From contig CAVQXX010000015.1 in NCBI GenBank assembly GCA_963717995.1, positions 4,613 to 68,612 on the forward strand: a stretch of DNA of 64,000 nt, read 5' to 3'. Under the pieces are notes generated by a model. That model was given only the letters and a program-made list of their open reading frames with translations. It did not search any database and had not been told where the DNA came from. Of this stretch, positions 33,372 to 43,326 are shown piece after piece (position 1 is the stretch's first letter; each line of letters starts with the position of its first letter). The position numbers and the translations under genes were made by a program. This DNA comes from an uncultured Bacteroidales bacterium (lineage in GTDB: Bacteria; Bacteroidota; Bacteroidia; Bacteroidales; UBA10428).

Positions 33372-33833
33372 TTACTTTTTCTGATAGGTATCAGTAATTG
33401 TATATTTTATACCATCAATAGTCGATTCCTGGCTGATAACTATCTTACTGGATGTCAATTCAATAATTTCAGCATTTACAGTACCGTATAAAGGGCTGGT
33501 TATTACCAGAATAGTCTGATCGGAATTGAAGACCCAGGTTCCTGAATCCCATACCTGCGGATCATTCACATCACATTTTGTTGCACCTTCTTCAAACGTA
33601 TACGTTCCGTTCGTATTGAATTTACTAACATCATCTTTGGTACAATCATCCATCTGGGCATACAGATCAGAAATCAATATTCCATCAAAATTAATAGCAG
33701 GAGAAACCGTCTCTGCAGTAAGAATCCAGTTTTTACCACATAATAATTCTTTATTTGTAGGTTCCTCATCCTTTTTACAACTTAAAGCCGCAAGAAATAA
33801 TGAAACGATTAAAAGCAAGTTTGTTTTTCTCAT
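33372..33833 (-). CDS. Lipoprotein, lipocalin-like
   Basis: MRKTNLLL...LAALSC lipobox; LLCGKNWIL, CTKDD..F..NGTY..EG..KC and GTW.F pattern. Confidence 0.75.
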   Translation of the reverse strand: MRKTNLLLIVSLFLAALSCKKDEEPTNKELLCGKNWILTAETVSPAINFDGILISDLYAQMDDCTKDDVSKFNTNGTYTFEEGATKCDVNDPQVWDSGTWVFNSDQTILVITSPLYGTVNAEIIELTSSKIVISQESTIDGIKYTITDTYQKK

Positions 33834-33936
33834 AATTTTTAATTTTAGTTTGTTCTTAGGTTTACAACAATTACAATTAAACATGCATTCCGATGTTTTG
33901 TTTAATTACTGAATGAACAAACTATTAATAGATGCA

Positions 33937-34000
33937 CATCACTGGCTGATCCTTCACTGACGGTATGTTTGTACCGCGAGAAAACCACAATGTACGGTTT
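33937..34000 (+). repeat. 64-bp direct-repeat copy of the nth 3' region (pseudogene fragment)
   Basis: 62/64 identical to 43858-43921; one change turns GGA (Gly) into TGA. Confidence 0.93.
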
Positions 34001-34033
34001 ATTGACATGATTCTGATTACTGTATGTTGAACT

Positions 34034-34723
34034 TCAACCGAGGTCAGAAATCTTCTTCAGCAGAATTTTATCGACAATTTCAACTTCTTTTCCTTCAATT
34101 TTTATAATGCCCTCATTTCGGAGTTCAGTAAGCAGGCGAACTGAATTTTCTTCCGAAATGGCAGACATTTCGCCCAATTCCTTTCTTGTAATGGATAAAT
34201 GATATCTGTTGCTCCCATAAAAACCAGACAGATAAAGCAGACTTTCAGCAATGCGACCTCTGATATTCTTCTGATTAAGGCAAATCAGTTTATTCATTAT
34301 GTTGGCCACGGATTTTCCGAATGCCTTGTTAAGATTCAACAGGACTTCATGATTTTCGAGATATAATTCTTTAAGAAAATCAAGGTCGACCATACATACC
34401 TTTGAATCTTCAATAGCTGTCACGGAATAGGTATAGTGGATGCTTTCAAAAAATGATAACAAGCCAATATAAGATGGGGGTTTCATTAAGTAGAGAATGA
34501 TATTGTGTCCGTTTATACCTTCAATATATAGTTTTGCAGTCCCGTCCACCAGGTAAATTGCATGACTAACGGCATCACCCTGTCGGCATATCTTTTCATG
34601 TTTTTTAAATTGTGCCTGGATAGTCTTTGCGGAAGAAAATGATCTTCCGGTCAATACAATTGCATCATAGATGTCACATTTCATTTTACAGTCATGACAC
34701 GATTCCTTCCTCGAGAGCTTCAT
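34034..34723 (-). CDS. Crp/Fnr family transcriptional regulator with N-terminal Cys cluster
   Basis: SCHDCKMKC N-terminus, cNMP-binding fold (QGD..SHAIYLVDG), RGRIAESLL, and HTH ITRKELGEMSAISEENSVRLL. Confidence 0.92.
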   Translation of the reverse strand: MKLSRKESCHDCKMKCDIYDAIVLTGRSFSSAKTIQAQFKKHEKICRQGDAVSHAIYLVDGTAKLYIEGINGHNIILYLMKPPSYIGLLSFFESIHYTYSVTAIEDSKVCMVDLDFLKELYLENHEVLLNLNKAFGKSVANIMNKLICLNQKNIRGRIAESLLYLSGFYGSNRYHLSITRKELGEMSAISEENSVRLLTELRNEGIIKIEGKEVEIVDKILLKKISDLG

Positions 34724-34822
34724 GCAGATAGAATTTACAATTTATCATTTCAGTTGCCTATAGCAAATATGGTTGTTTTATTTGGTTGTTTTATATCAAT
34801 GTTACATCGCAAGACTTTACAA

Positions 34823-34838
34823 TGTGAATCAATTAACA
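34823..34838. promoter_or_regulatory. Candidate CRP-type box in the divergent promoter region
   Basis: TGTGA-ATCAAT-TAACA differs by one base from TGTGA-N6-TCACA. An FNR-like TTGTT-TTAT-ATCAA lies at 34786-34799. Confidence 0.5.
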
Positions 34839-34888
34839 AAAATCTTACATTAGAGACCTAAAAGATAAATTTAATTCTAATGTAATTT

Positions 34889-35662
34889 ATGGAATCACCA
34901 GATCTGTACAATTTCAGTCTCTTCACCCCGCGTACTTTACATGGAAAAAAAAACAGAAATGTCATTTTATCCATGTTAGCGATATGGGCCGTGGCAGTAT
35001 TCGGTTTTCAGTTTCTTCTCAGGATAGTCGAAAAACCTACTCCTGAAGAATCACTTTTAATGTTTGAATCAGCCTGGCCATCAGGAAATTCAGCTGAGAT
35101 AAAATCCGTTGACTACAAAACAATTCTGAACTCTCTTGTGCTTGTCAGGGGGAAGAATATTGTTAAGCCTGCTGATCAGAAGATTCTTTCAGAGGCTATA
35201 AGTTGTACTTTCTTCACTTTGGTTCCAGACAGCATCAGAACCCTGATCATTGAAAATATTACTGAGACTCAATCTCTGAAGGCCAAACTTATTGAGAGCA
35301 GGGACAAGGAATATCTTGACCTGAAAATAGCCATTGGTGAAAAAAACAACAACATTGTCACTCTTGGTGAATCCTATTCCGGTTTTAAAACAGGAAGCCT
35401 TGAATCAAATATACTTATCAGTACCCTTCAGGACAAGTTCCCGGATTCTCTGACGGATGAATCATTGGCCGGATTACCGGGGATAATGAAATTATATTTA
35501 ACGCATAACCGGTCTTTTCTTACCGACACTAAGTTTCTTGGATTTCCCTTCCATTATTTTTATACCGCGGAATTTTTGCTAATCCTGTTTGTATCGCTTT
35601 GTATCATATATAACATATTGATAGAGTGGCGTTTAAACAAACAAGGTGTTGTCGAACAGTAA
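34889..35662 (+). CDS. DUF4212-like symporter partner subunit with a large extracytoplasmic insertion
   Basis: N-terminal KNRNVILSMLAIWAVAVFG and C-terminal FLGFPFHYFYTAEFLLILFVSLCIIY resemble the two DUF4212 helices; directly upstream of the SSS gene. Confidence 0.65.
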   Translation: MESPDLYNFSLFTPRTLHGKKNRNVILSMLAIWAVAVFGFQFLLRIVEKPTPEESLLMFESAWPSGNSAEIKSVDYKTILNSLVLVRGKNIVKPADQKILSEAISCTFFTLVPDSIRTLIIENITETQSLKAKLIESRDKEYLDLKIAIGEKNNNIVTLGESYSGFKTGSLESNILISTLQDKFPDSLTDESLAGLPGIMKLYLTHNRSFLTDTKFLGFPFHYFYTAEFLLILFVSLCIIYNILIEWRLNKQGVVEQ

Positions 35663-35674
35663 ATAGATTATTTT

Positions 35675-37354
35675 ATGAAAAAGTTATATATCTCATTATC
35701 ACTTATTTTTTCAGGTATCCTCTCTTTGCAGGCACAAAGTCTCACCCAGCTTGAAGGAAGCTTCAAAACCGGTCCTGCCATAATTCTAATAGCAACCCTT
35801 CTGACGTTTGTACTTGTAGGAATTTTCTTCAGGGCCAAAGATCCTGCCGACTATTATGCTGCAGGGAGGAAGATTTCAAGAGTCGGATCCGGAATGGCTA
35901 TTGCCTCTAACTGGATGAGTGCAGCCTCTGTTCTGGGGATGGCAGGTATGATGTATGGTTTCGGATATAACGGTTTGGCTTATGTGGTTGGATGGACCGG
36001 AGGATATGTATTACTCCTTATCCTTATGGCTGCACAGATACGTAAATATGGGAAATATACAGCACCTGATTTTATTGGTGACCGGTTTTATTCCCGCGAC
36101 CTCAGGATAGCCAGTGCAATTTTTACTATTCTGATCTCTTTTGCCTATTGTGTCGGTCAGTTTGGTGGTATAGGATTGATGTTTAAATGGATACTGGGAA
36201 TAAATTATACCTGGGCTGTCATTATAGGCTCTTCCGTTGTACTGTTTTATACACTTATTTCCGGTATGATCGGAGCCACAAAGAATATGCAGATTCAGTA
36301 TGTTATTATTGTAGTTTCCTTTCTTATTCCAACATTCATAATGACCTACAAGTTCGATTACTTCTGGCTTCTGCCTCAAATAGGTTATGGTTCAGCAGTA
36401 ACGGATATAGTACAGGGTATCCCAGCACCGAATATTTCCGATGGGCTGGCTCTGATAAATGCCTATGGGCAAGATTTTGCCATAGTACCAAGTCCGGAGT
36501 TTGCTATGCCATGGGATCCCTCCAGTGGCACAACCTTCTTTCAATGGATGGCTATATGTTTTTCGCTTATGGTTGGAACGGCCGGGCTTCCCCATGTTAT
36601 TCAGCGCTTCTATGTAGTACCCAAAGTAAGTGATGCCAGATGGTCAGTTGTATGGGGCCTCTTTTTCATATGTCTCGTCTACTGGTCTGCTCCGATTTAT
36701 TCTACATTCGGAAAATTGCTCTCCTCACACCCTGATGTGGGATTTTTAGCGAAGGACGCTATTGTTGTTTATACTGCACAGTTGGGGAATGTAAACTCCC
36801 TGGTTGTGGGTCTGCTGGCAGCAGGTGCAATCTCAGCAGCATTCTCCACTGTCTCAGGTTTGCTTGTAGCTGGCGCTTCAGCATTTTCACACGACCTTTA
36901 TGTAAGGGTAATAAACCCTTCCGCCACTCCAAAGCGGCAATTAAATATAGCCAGAGTAGGGACTATTATTATGGGCCTTGCAGTAACCATTGTGGCTCTT
37001 CTTCAACTCGGACTTATAGCCCAGCTGGTTTCAGTTGCTTTTTCAATGGCTGCCTGTACTATCTTTCCTCTTTTCCTTCTGGGAATATGGTGGAGCGGAT
37101 CGAACAGGGCTGGTGCAAAGGCAGGCTTGTTTGCAGGAATACTGGTTACAATTATCTCAATTACATATTTCCTTGTTGGATTAGGCGGAGGAAGTCTGCC
37201 GGGACAGGCTTTCATCTCGTACTGGCTTAATGTGTGGTATTTTGCATGGATAGGAGCACCGCTAGCTATTATTGTGAATATTATCGTATCAAAGTTTAGT
37301 GCTCCTACTCCCCTGGAGATTAAGAAGTTTCTGGCAGAACAGGTACATAACTAA
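35675..37354 (+). CDS. actP: Sodium:solute symporter, ActP/VC_2705 (cation/acetate) clade
   Basis: DYYAAGR, GMAIASNWMSAAS, GKYTAPDFIGDRF, LMVGTAGLPHVIQRFY and AAFSTVSGLL. Substrate is inferred. Confidence 0.88.
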   Translation: MKKLYISLSLIFSGILSLQAQSLTQLEGSFKTGPAIILIATLLTFVLVGIFFRAKDPADYYAAGRKISRVGSGMAIASNWMSAASVLGMAGMMYGFGYNGLAYVVGWTGGYVLLLILMAAQIRKYGKYTAPDFIGDRFYSRDLRIASAIFTILISFAYCVGQFGGIGLMFKWILGINYTWAVIIGSSVVLFYTLISGMIGATKNMQIQYVIIVVSFLIPTFIMTYKFDYFWLLPQIGYGSAVTDIVQGIPAPNISDGLALINAYGQDFAIVPSPEFAMPWDPSSGTTFFQWMAICFSLMVGTAGLPHVIQRFYVVPKVSDARWSVVWGLFFICLVYWSAPIYSTFGKLLSSHPDVGFLAKDAIVVYTAQLGNVNSLVVGLLAAGAISAAFSTVSGLLVAGASAFSHDLYVRVINPSATPKRQLNIARVGTIIMGLAVTIVALLQLGLIAQLVSVAFSMAACTIFPLFLLGIWWSGSNRAGAKAGLFAGILVTIISITYFLVGLGGGSLPGQAFISYWLNVWYFAWIGAPLAIIVNIIVSKFSAPTPLEIKKFLAEQVHN

Positions 37355-38130
37355 TGCAGCCGGGAGGAATCTTTTCGATATCAAGAGGAACGAAGGTGAT
37401 CCTGGTTATCACCTTCTCTGTTTCAGTGGTGGCCGTTCTGGTTGCCTTTTTCTACTACAGGGATCTTAATAACCTCGAAGATCCCAGAATCAGAAAAGCA
37501 AAGGAATTGCTTTCTCTTTTTGAAAAGGAGTCGGGAAAAATTAATAACCTCGCCAATTTTTATCTTCTGGATTCTGCCAACGTTATTTTCAGATCAATTC
37601 CCGATTATAAATTTTCCTTTGAACCCGGATTGATTTACAATAATAAATGCAGTTCTCTTCTTATGGTTGCTATCTATGACAGTACAGTCAGCCGGGAGGA
37701 GAAAAATAAATTGCTGGATATTGCGATGAAGTATTGCGATAGTAGTATGATGGTATATAAAAATTGGATTTCAGATTGGGAAAAACTCTCTTATGAAGAA
37801 ATTGCTGAAAGAATAAGTCTGTATATGGATGATAGTGATACAGCGTTCGTAGGTCTGAACTTTAAACGGATATTTGACAAGAGAGTAAAAGATATTATCG
37901 CTGCCCAGATTGAAACGCCCAGGCGATTGTCGGTAAGTCTGACCAATAAAGGGACAATTTACCGGCATCAGCTTCTGGTCGATTCGGCACTCTCCTGTTA
38001 TAATCAATCCTTGATCATCTGGAAAGATAACAGAACTGCAAAAAGTAATCTTAGTGTTTTAAAGGGTGGTGAACCGGTTAAACCATCCATTATTGAATCG
38101 CTTTTCCCTCCTGATAAGAACAAAAAATAG
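37354..38130 (+). CDS. Membrane-anchored TPR-like protein
   Basis: One N-terminal TM; TPR-like LTNKGTIYRH..LVDSALSCYNQSL; TAATG coupling to the symporter gene. Confidence 0.7.
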   Translation: MQPGGIFSISRGTKVILVITFSVSVVAVLVAFFYYRDLNNLEDPRIRKAKELLSLFEKESGKINNLANFYLLDSANVIFRSIPDYKFSFEPGLIYNNKCSSLLMVAIYDSTVSREEKNKLLDIAMKYCDSSMMVYKNWISDWEKLSYEEIAERISLYMDDSDTAFVGLNFKRIFDKRVKDIIAAQIETPRRLSVSLTNKGTIYRHQLLVDSALSCYNQSLIIWKDNRTAKSNLSVLKGGEPVKPSIIESLFPPDKNKK

Positions 38131-38153
38131 AGTGGTTTTTTAAAACTTAACAT

Positions 38154-39392
38154 ATGAAAAGAATAATAATTTGCGCCATCATGGCGTCGCTTACATTTTC
38201 AAAGATCCGTGCACAGGAAGCTGACCCAGGCTGGGGAATTAAATTTTCAGGATTTGTCAAGACTGATATTTTCTATGATACAAGGCAGCCCAGCACATCC
38301 TGTGCGATAAGAGAGGGCCATTTTTTTCTGTACCCCGAAAATGTTTTATATGATGCTGAAGGTAACGATATAAATGCCAATCCTTCTTTCCATATTCTTA
38401 ATATCCAGTCGCGACTGAAAGGTACAATTAGTGGTCCGGATGCTTTTGGAGCAAAAACTTCAGGAGTTATTGAAGCTGAATTTTTTGGAACAAGTGAGGC
38501 TGATATTAACGGATTCCGTCTGCGACATGCTTTTGTAAAGATGGATTGGACAAAAACATCGCTATTAATAGGACAAACATGGCATCCTATGTTTTCGGAG
38601 GAGAGTTTTCCGGGGACTATTAGTTTTAATACTGGAGCCCCTTTTACTCCCTTCAGCCGAAATCCACAGGTAAGAGTAACCAGAAAACTTGGTAAGCTGA
38701 GTTTATCGCTCACAGCATACTCTCAGCGCGACTTTACATCTTCAGGTCCCGACGGCGCAAGTAATAAATATTTGCGAAACAGCGGAATTCCGGGAACAAA
38801 TTTACAATTGAGCCTTCCGGTAAATGATCATATTAAAGTGTGGGCAGGTATGGATTACAAGAAGCTCAGACCTGAACTGAAGACCTCTGCAAATTATGAG
38901 ACTAAGGCCTCGGTTAGCGGCGTTTCATACTTTGCAAATTTAAAGATTAAAACTAAGCCTGTAAGCATCTCATTAATGGGAGTATATGGCCAGAACACCT
39001 GCGATCTTGTAATGATTGGAGGATATGCAGTTTCTGAGGTTACCGATACTGTAACCATGGAAAAGACCTATACCTGCCTTAATACTGGAAATTTCTGGAT
39101 CGACCTGAGTACCAATGGTAAAAAATTTGTATTCGGCCTTTTTTCGGGGTTCAGTAAGAACCTTGGCGCTTCTGAAACAATAAATGGTACTGTTTATGGA
39201 CGGGGCAACAATATTGACCATCTATTCAGAATCTCACCAAGGGTAACTGTAACGGAAGGGCGACTTACTTTTGGATTTGAATTGGAACACACTACAGCTG
39301 CCTATGGAACTATTGTATCGAGCGGGAAGGTTACAAACACAAATGATGTAAGCAATCTGAGATTACTGTTGAGTGCAATTTACAAGTTCTAA
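38154..39392 (+). CDS. Outer-membrane porin, DcaP-like
   Basis: Signal peptide; FSGFVKTD, QSRL, IEAEFFG, FRLRHAF, LLIGQTW and RNPQVR; ends in YKF (beta-barrel signal). Confidence 0.75.
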   Translation: MKRIIICAIMASLTFSKIRAQEADPGWGIKFSGFVKTDIFYDTRQPSTSCAIREGHFFLYPENVLYDAEGNDINANPSFHILNIQSRLKGTISGPDAFGAKTSGVIEAEFFGTSEADINGFRLRHAFVKMDWTKTSLLIGQTWHPMFSEESFPGTISFNTGAPFTPFSRNPQVRVTRKLGKLSLSLTAYSQRDFTSSGPDGASNKYLRNSGIPGTNLQLSLPVNDHIKVWAGMDYKKLRPELKTSANYETKASVSGVSYFANLKIKTKPVSISLMGVYGQNTCDLVMIGGYAVSEVTDTVTMEKTYTCLNTGNFWIDLSTNGKKFVFGLFSGFSKNLGASETINGTVYGRGNNIDHLFRISPRVTVTEGRLTFGFELEHTTAAYGTIVSSGKVTNTNDVSNLRLLLSAIYKF

Positions 39393-42236
39393 ATGATCTG
39401 TGTATAGAAGTCGTTACCCGCCTTGAGCATAAGGTTATTTATTGTTTTTACAGCCTGTTCTGCAGCGTATTGCAGATCATGGTTGTCTAAATTAAAATAG
39501 ACTGTATTCACGGGTTCTGTTCCACTGTTTATGCACAATGCCTGCTGCGACAGACGAATAGATGTAAGGTTTTTCCAGGATTTTATAGTCTCGCGTAGCA
39601 TGTGCTCATCTATGTTATGCCCGGAATATAGCTCAAGTATCCTTTCAATTGATGAATATCCTTTAATACCGTTTCTCAGGGAGTATAGCCTTATGATCCC
39701 GGTCAGAGGCATAAGAATTCTTTTAATATCAGTTTTCCCTTCCGGAGAATTATGTAGTGAAGGCGTGAACTGATTCCAGGCAGAGGCCATGTGATGGAAA
39801 AATATATCATTGGTTTTCAGGTCATTTCTGACATAATGAGTAAGTTCATCAGACAGCTCCGAATCTCCAAAACAAAATCTGAAGTCAAAAAATATACTTA
39901 CAGTCAGAAGCTCATCAGGACCCGGATTATTGATCCAATCAGAAAAGTACTTTTTCCAAACCCCTATGGTCTGGCACCATTTCTGATTGCCGGCCATATT
40001 ATCTCCCTTGCAAAGAAGGAATCCCGTTTCTGCCAGCATGGCATTAACTTTCCTGCCCAGAGACAGAAAATATTCATTCGCTATCTTAAGCCTGTCCCCT
40101 TCACAGTTTTCAAAGAGGATACAATTATCCTGATCTGTGAGAAGAGTCTGTTCCCTCCGCCCTGCACTTCCGGTCTGTAAAAATGCAAAACGACAAGGGT
40201 GGTTCCCCTAAATCTTGTATGCAAAGCATCAATACTTTACGACAAATTTCATCAGCCACTGAGGAGATGAATAATGAAATGGAATAAGGATCAGCCTTCC
40301 CCAAAATCATTGAAACTGCCATTCGACGACATGTAAGAAACGTTTTCAACAGATCTGCAGATGATTTTGCATTTGCGATATCTGAACCAAGAAGTTCAGG
40401 TGATCCGGAAAGGGCGTATGCAAGCTCTGAGCTTGTAATAATACCAGTTAGCTTATTCTCATGATCAGTGGCCAGCAGATATTTCTTCGTACCTGCTCCC
40501 AAAATTCCAAAGACATCCACAATTTCAGCATCCTGTGAAATAAAGTCCGGAGGAGATTTCATCCATCTGAATATTTCTGTTTCAGGCGAACCTCCTTCGG
40601 CAAGTCTGAACCCAATATCTCCTGCTTCTGCAACTCCTGCGGGTTCAAGGGACTTATTCATTACTACAAGAAAATGAGTGTTTTTCTCTTTCATAATCTT
40701 TATAGCATCTTTAACAGCCAGATTCTCAATACAATTAACCGGAGGCAACATAAAGGCAGATACCGGGCATTTAAGAATAAATGTGGAACTGAAGATCTTC
40801 AGGTCTGCAGGGATCAGACTGTTTTGAAAAGAGGAGGCAGCCATTTGTTCTATGGTTCCCTCGCACCATATTTCGTTGGAATCGGATACAATAACTACTA
40901 TATTCACTATTACCCATAAACATGACCCGGTTTTATTCTTTAAAAGGATCTCTTTGTTTAAAAAGGGTTTCCTGGAAGCAAGTTCATTTTTATAGGATTT
41001 CAGTTGATCCTGATCAAAAAAGAATGATTCAAATGTATAGGGAAGGATATCCTGAAAATTATTAAAACCGAATATTTCGATCGCAGCTTGTGATGCGTAT
41101 AGGAATCTTCCTTTTCTTCCGTAAGAAATACGGAAAAACCCGGTTGATATATTATTAAACAGCCGCATGTCCGGAGAGAAGCCGGCCTGGACTGTCAGGG
41201 TATTCACCGGTCTGATAACAAACAGTACAGCCCTCATCTCCCCCATAATTATTCTTGAAAATTCTGCATGGGTATTTATCAGATTGCCATTCCTGATTCT
41301 GATAAAAGACTCAATAAATCGTCTTGAATTAAGCTCTTCATACAATGATTCAGGATCGACAATTTCCTTTATTTCAGGGGAGATGAATATTTCATGAAAA
41401 GTAATTGTCTTCAGCTCCTCCTCTGTATAGCCAAGCCAGGACAGTAGTATTTTGTTTGCCTGAAGTCCATGCACAGACCAGATAAGTACCCCCTCTGAAG
41501 CTGCCTCTGCAAGTGTACGGTATAACTCTTTGGATTTTCTCAGGTCCTCCTCGGCTTTGTTCCTCTTCTGTTCAATTTTATGACTCTGTCCGGAGATTAC
41601 TATGAGTAATATTATTATTCCAATACCGATAATTCCGGAGATTATCAATGCCCTAAGTTCCATCCGGTGGATTTCAGATTTTACATCTTCAATGTATATG
41701 CCGGTACCAATTATCCATCCCCAGGGTTTAAAAAGTTTCACGTAAGATAATTTGGGAACATTGCGTGTAGAATCATCATTCCATTGCCACATATAATCGA
41801 CATAACTTTCACCGGAAAGGGAAACAGCTTCAACGAATTCGACAAATATTGCCTTCCCTTTTGAATCGCGAAATCCTGTGAGATCAGTACCGTTCAGATC
41901 GGGCCTGTATGGATGGGCAATCATAACAGGGTGCATGTCAGTTATCCAGAAATAATCTTTGAGTGTCTCTCCGTACCTGATTGCCCCAATCGCGGCCCTG
42001 GCCTCTTCCTTTGCCTCTTCCGTATTGAGACTGCCTTTTAATTCAAGAGAATGATAATGTTCCAGAAGGCTGTATGCTGATGAAGTTATTTCATGTATAA
42101 GGTTTCTTTTTCGATCCATCATTACCTTCTCAAAGCCCGGAATAAGATAAAAGAAGATGAGTCCGGCAAAAAAAGCAAATGCCAGAAGTGCCGGGAGGTC
42201 GATTTTTAATATTAAGATCCTTCTTCTGCTTCTCAT
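39389..42236 (-). CDS. Membrane sensor nucleotidyltransferase: TM-sCache_2-TM-PAS-PAS-CBS pair-DUF294-DUF294_C (~948 aa; one frameshift near 40200)
   Basis: sCache_2 motifs IRYG..DYFWI..MIAHP..PKLSY..WGWIIGTGIY. Removing one C near 40200 gives EPPCRFAFLQTGSAGRREQTLLTDQDN (GSxGR...DxD NTase motif) in frame with 39389..40039 (CKGDNMAGN..W, SIFFDFR, DIKR). Confidence 0.85.
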
Positions 42237-42263
42237 TGTGGGGGATTACATCATTTTACAATC

Positions 42264-43034
42264 CTAATTAATATTGGTTGAAACAATATCAAGTTTCATA
42301 GTTTCAGTATCAATAATTGAAAACCCGGTTTTGCCTTTTTCTCCTGCCAGAGGAGGCAGGGCTATGACAATCATCTCATTGCCAAGGCTGATGCTATTAG
42401 TTGGGATTGAATTTATGGCTTTAAATAATGAAGAAGAGTTGCGGTACGCAAATCCGGCAAAACATCCATGTGAATGTCCTGAGAATGAATACATCACCTG
42501 ATGATTACTCATAAAATCCCAGATCGCTCTCATCTGTCTGTTTCTTTCGATATATTGAGTTGTTGATCCGGTGAAATCAGGAAAAATGTAGTGCGATAAC
42601 AAAGATGAAATCCCTTTGAATGATGTGGTTATAAATTCAGGCAGTGATCTGATAAAAGCTAAATCATCCTCTCCAAGGTCGTTGGGATCATCAAATTCAT
42701 AACTCCATACTTTGCCTGCAGAGACGGACTTCCTTTCTTCTGAACTCATTGTAAACCAATGATCCGGATAACTAAATCCATTTGAATAGGCCGGAAATCT
42801 ACGGGCAGCAAAAAGGTCATGGTTTCCGGCCACTATCCAACGGCAGTTCGACCGTATAAGCTCAAGGCAGTCTTTGGCACTCCTTTCCCTGACAAATTTG
42901 TAGAATCTTCTGTCAAATCCAACTATGTCACCCAGGCAGACAAGTTCATCGCATTTGTTACCTTCAGCAAGCCTTAAGGCTTCCTGAAGCATTTTAGTAT
43001 TCTCATGAATATCAGTTAGAATGCCTATTTTCAT
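42264..43034 (-). CDS. Calcineurin-like metallophosphoesterase
   Basis: DIH, CLGDIVG, GNHD, SH and SGHSH metal-binding motifs; ends 27 nt before the NTase start. Confidence 0.9.
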   Translation of the reverse strand: MKIGILTDIHENTKMLQEALRLAEGNKCDELVCLGDIVGFDRRFYKFVRERSAKDCLELIRSNCRWIVAGNHDLFAARRFPAYSNGFSYPDHWFTMSSEERKSVSAGKVWSYEFDDPNDLGEDDLAFIRSLPEFITTSFKGISSLLSHYIFPDFTGSTTQYIERNRQMRAIWDFMSNHQVMYSFSGHSHGCFAGFAYRNSSSLFKAINSIPTNSISLGNEMIVIALPPLAGEKGKTGFSIIDTETMKLDIVSTNIN

Positions 43035-43326
43035 AGTAGCTGGTGATAAGTCTAAGTTAGGCTTCTTTTTGAGAAAAAATCCACGTAAACCCCTATTTTT
43101 GTATTTTGCCAATGAAGAGTCTGTTTTTGCTCGCGGATTGCGCAGATTAACGCGGAGCAATTCAGGCAGAGCTTATTTTAAGGCGCCATATTGGATTCCG
43201 CAGATTTATGCTCGCTTTGCTCGCATGATCACCCTATTCAAATTCATAATTCATAATTCATAATTTTCTCCTTATTTTACATTGATTTTCACTTAAGTTT
43301 TTATTTTTAAGTTATTCACTTTTTTC

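Noticed and set aside
33958-33960. In-frame TGA in the orphan nth copy as selenocysteine or recoding
   Set aside because: It replaces Gly, not Cys; the fragment is tiny and no SECIS-like hairpin is evident.
40190-40210. Programmed frameshift separating the sensor from the NTase domain
   Set aside because: A single extra C in a short C-run, in a contig full of similar indels, with no canonical slippery heptamer. It cannot be fully excluded without reads.
34001-43326. Calling the block an autonomous mobile element or prophage
   Set aside because: No integrase, transposase, relaxase or phage gene was seen; only the direct repeat supports acquisition.
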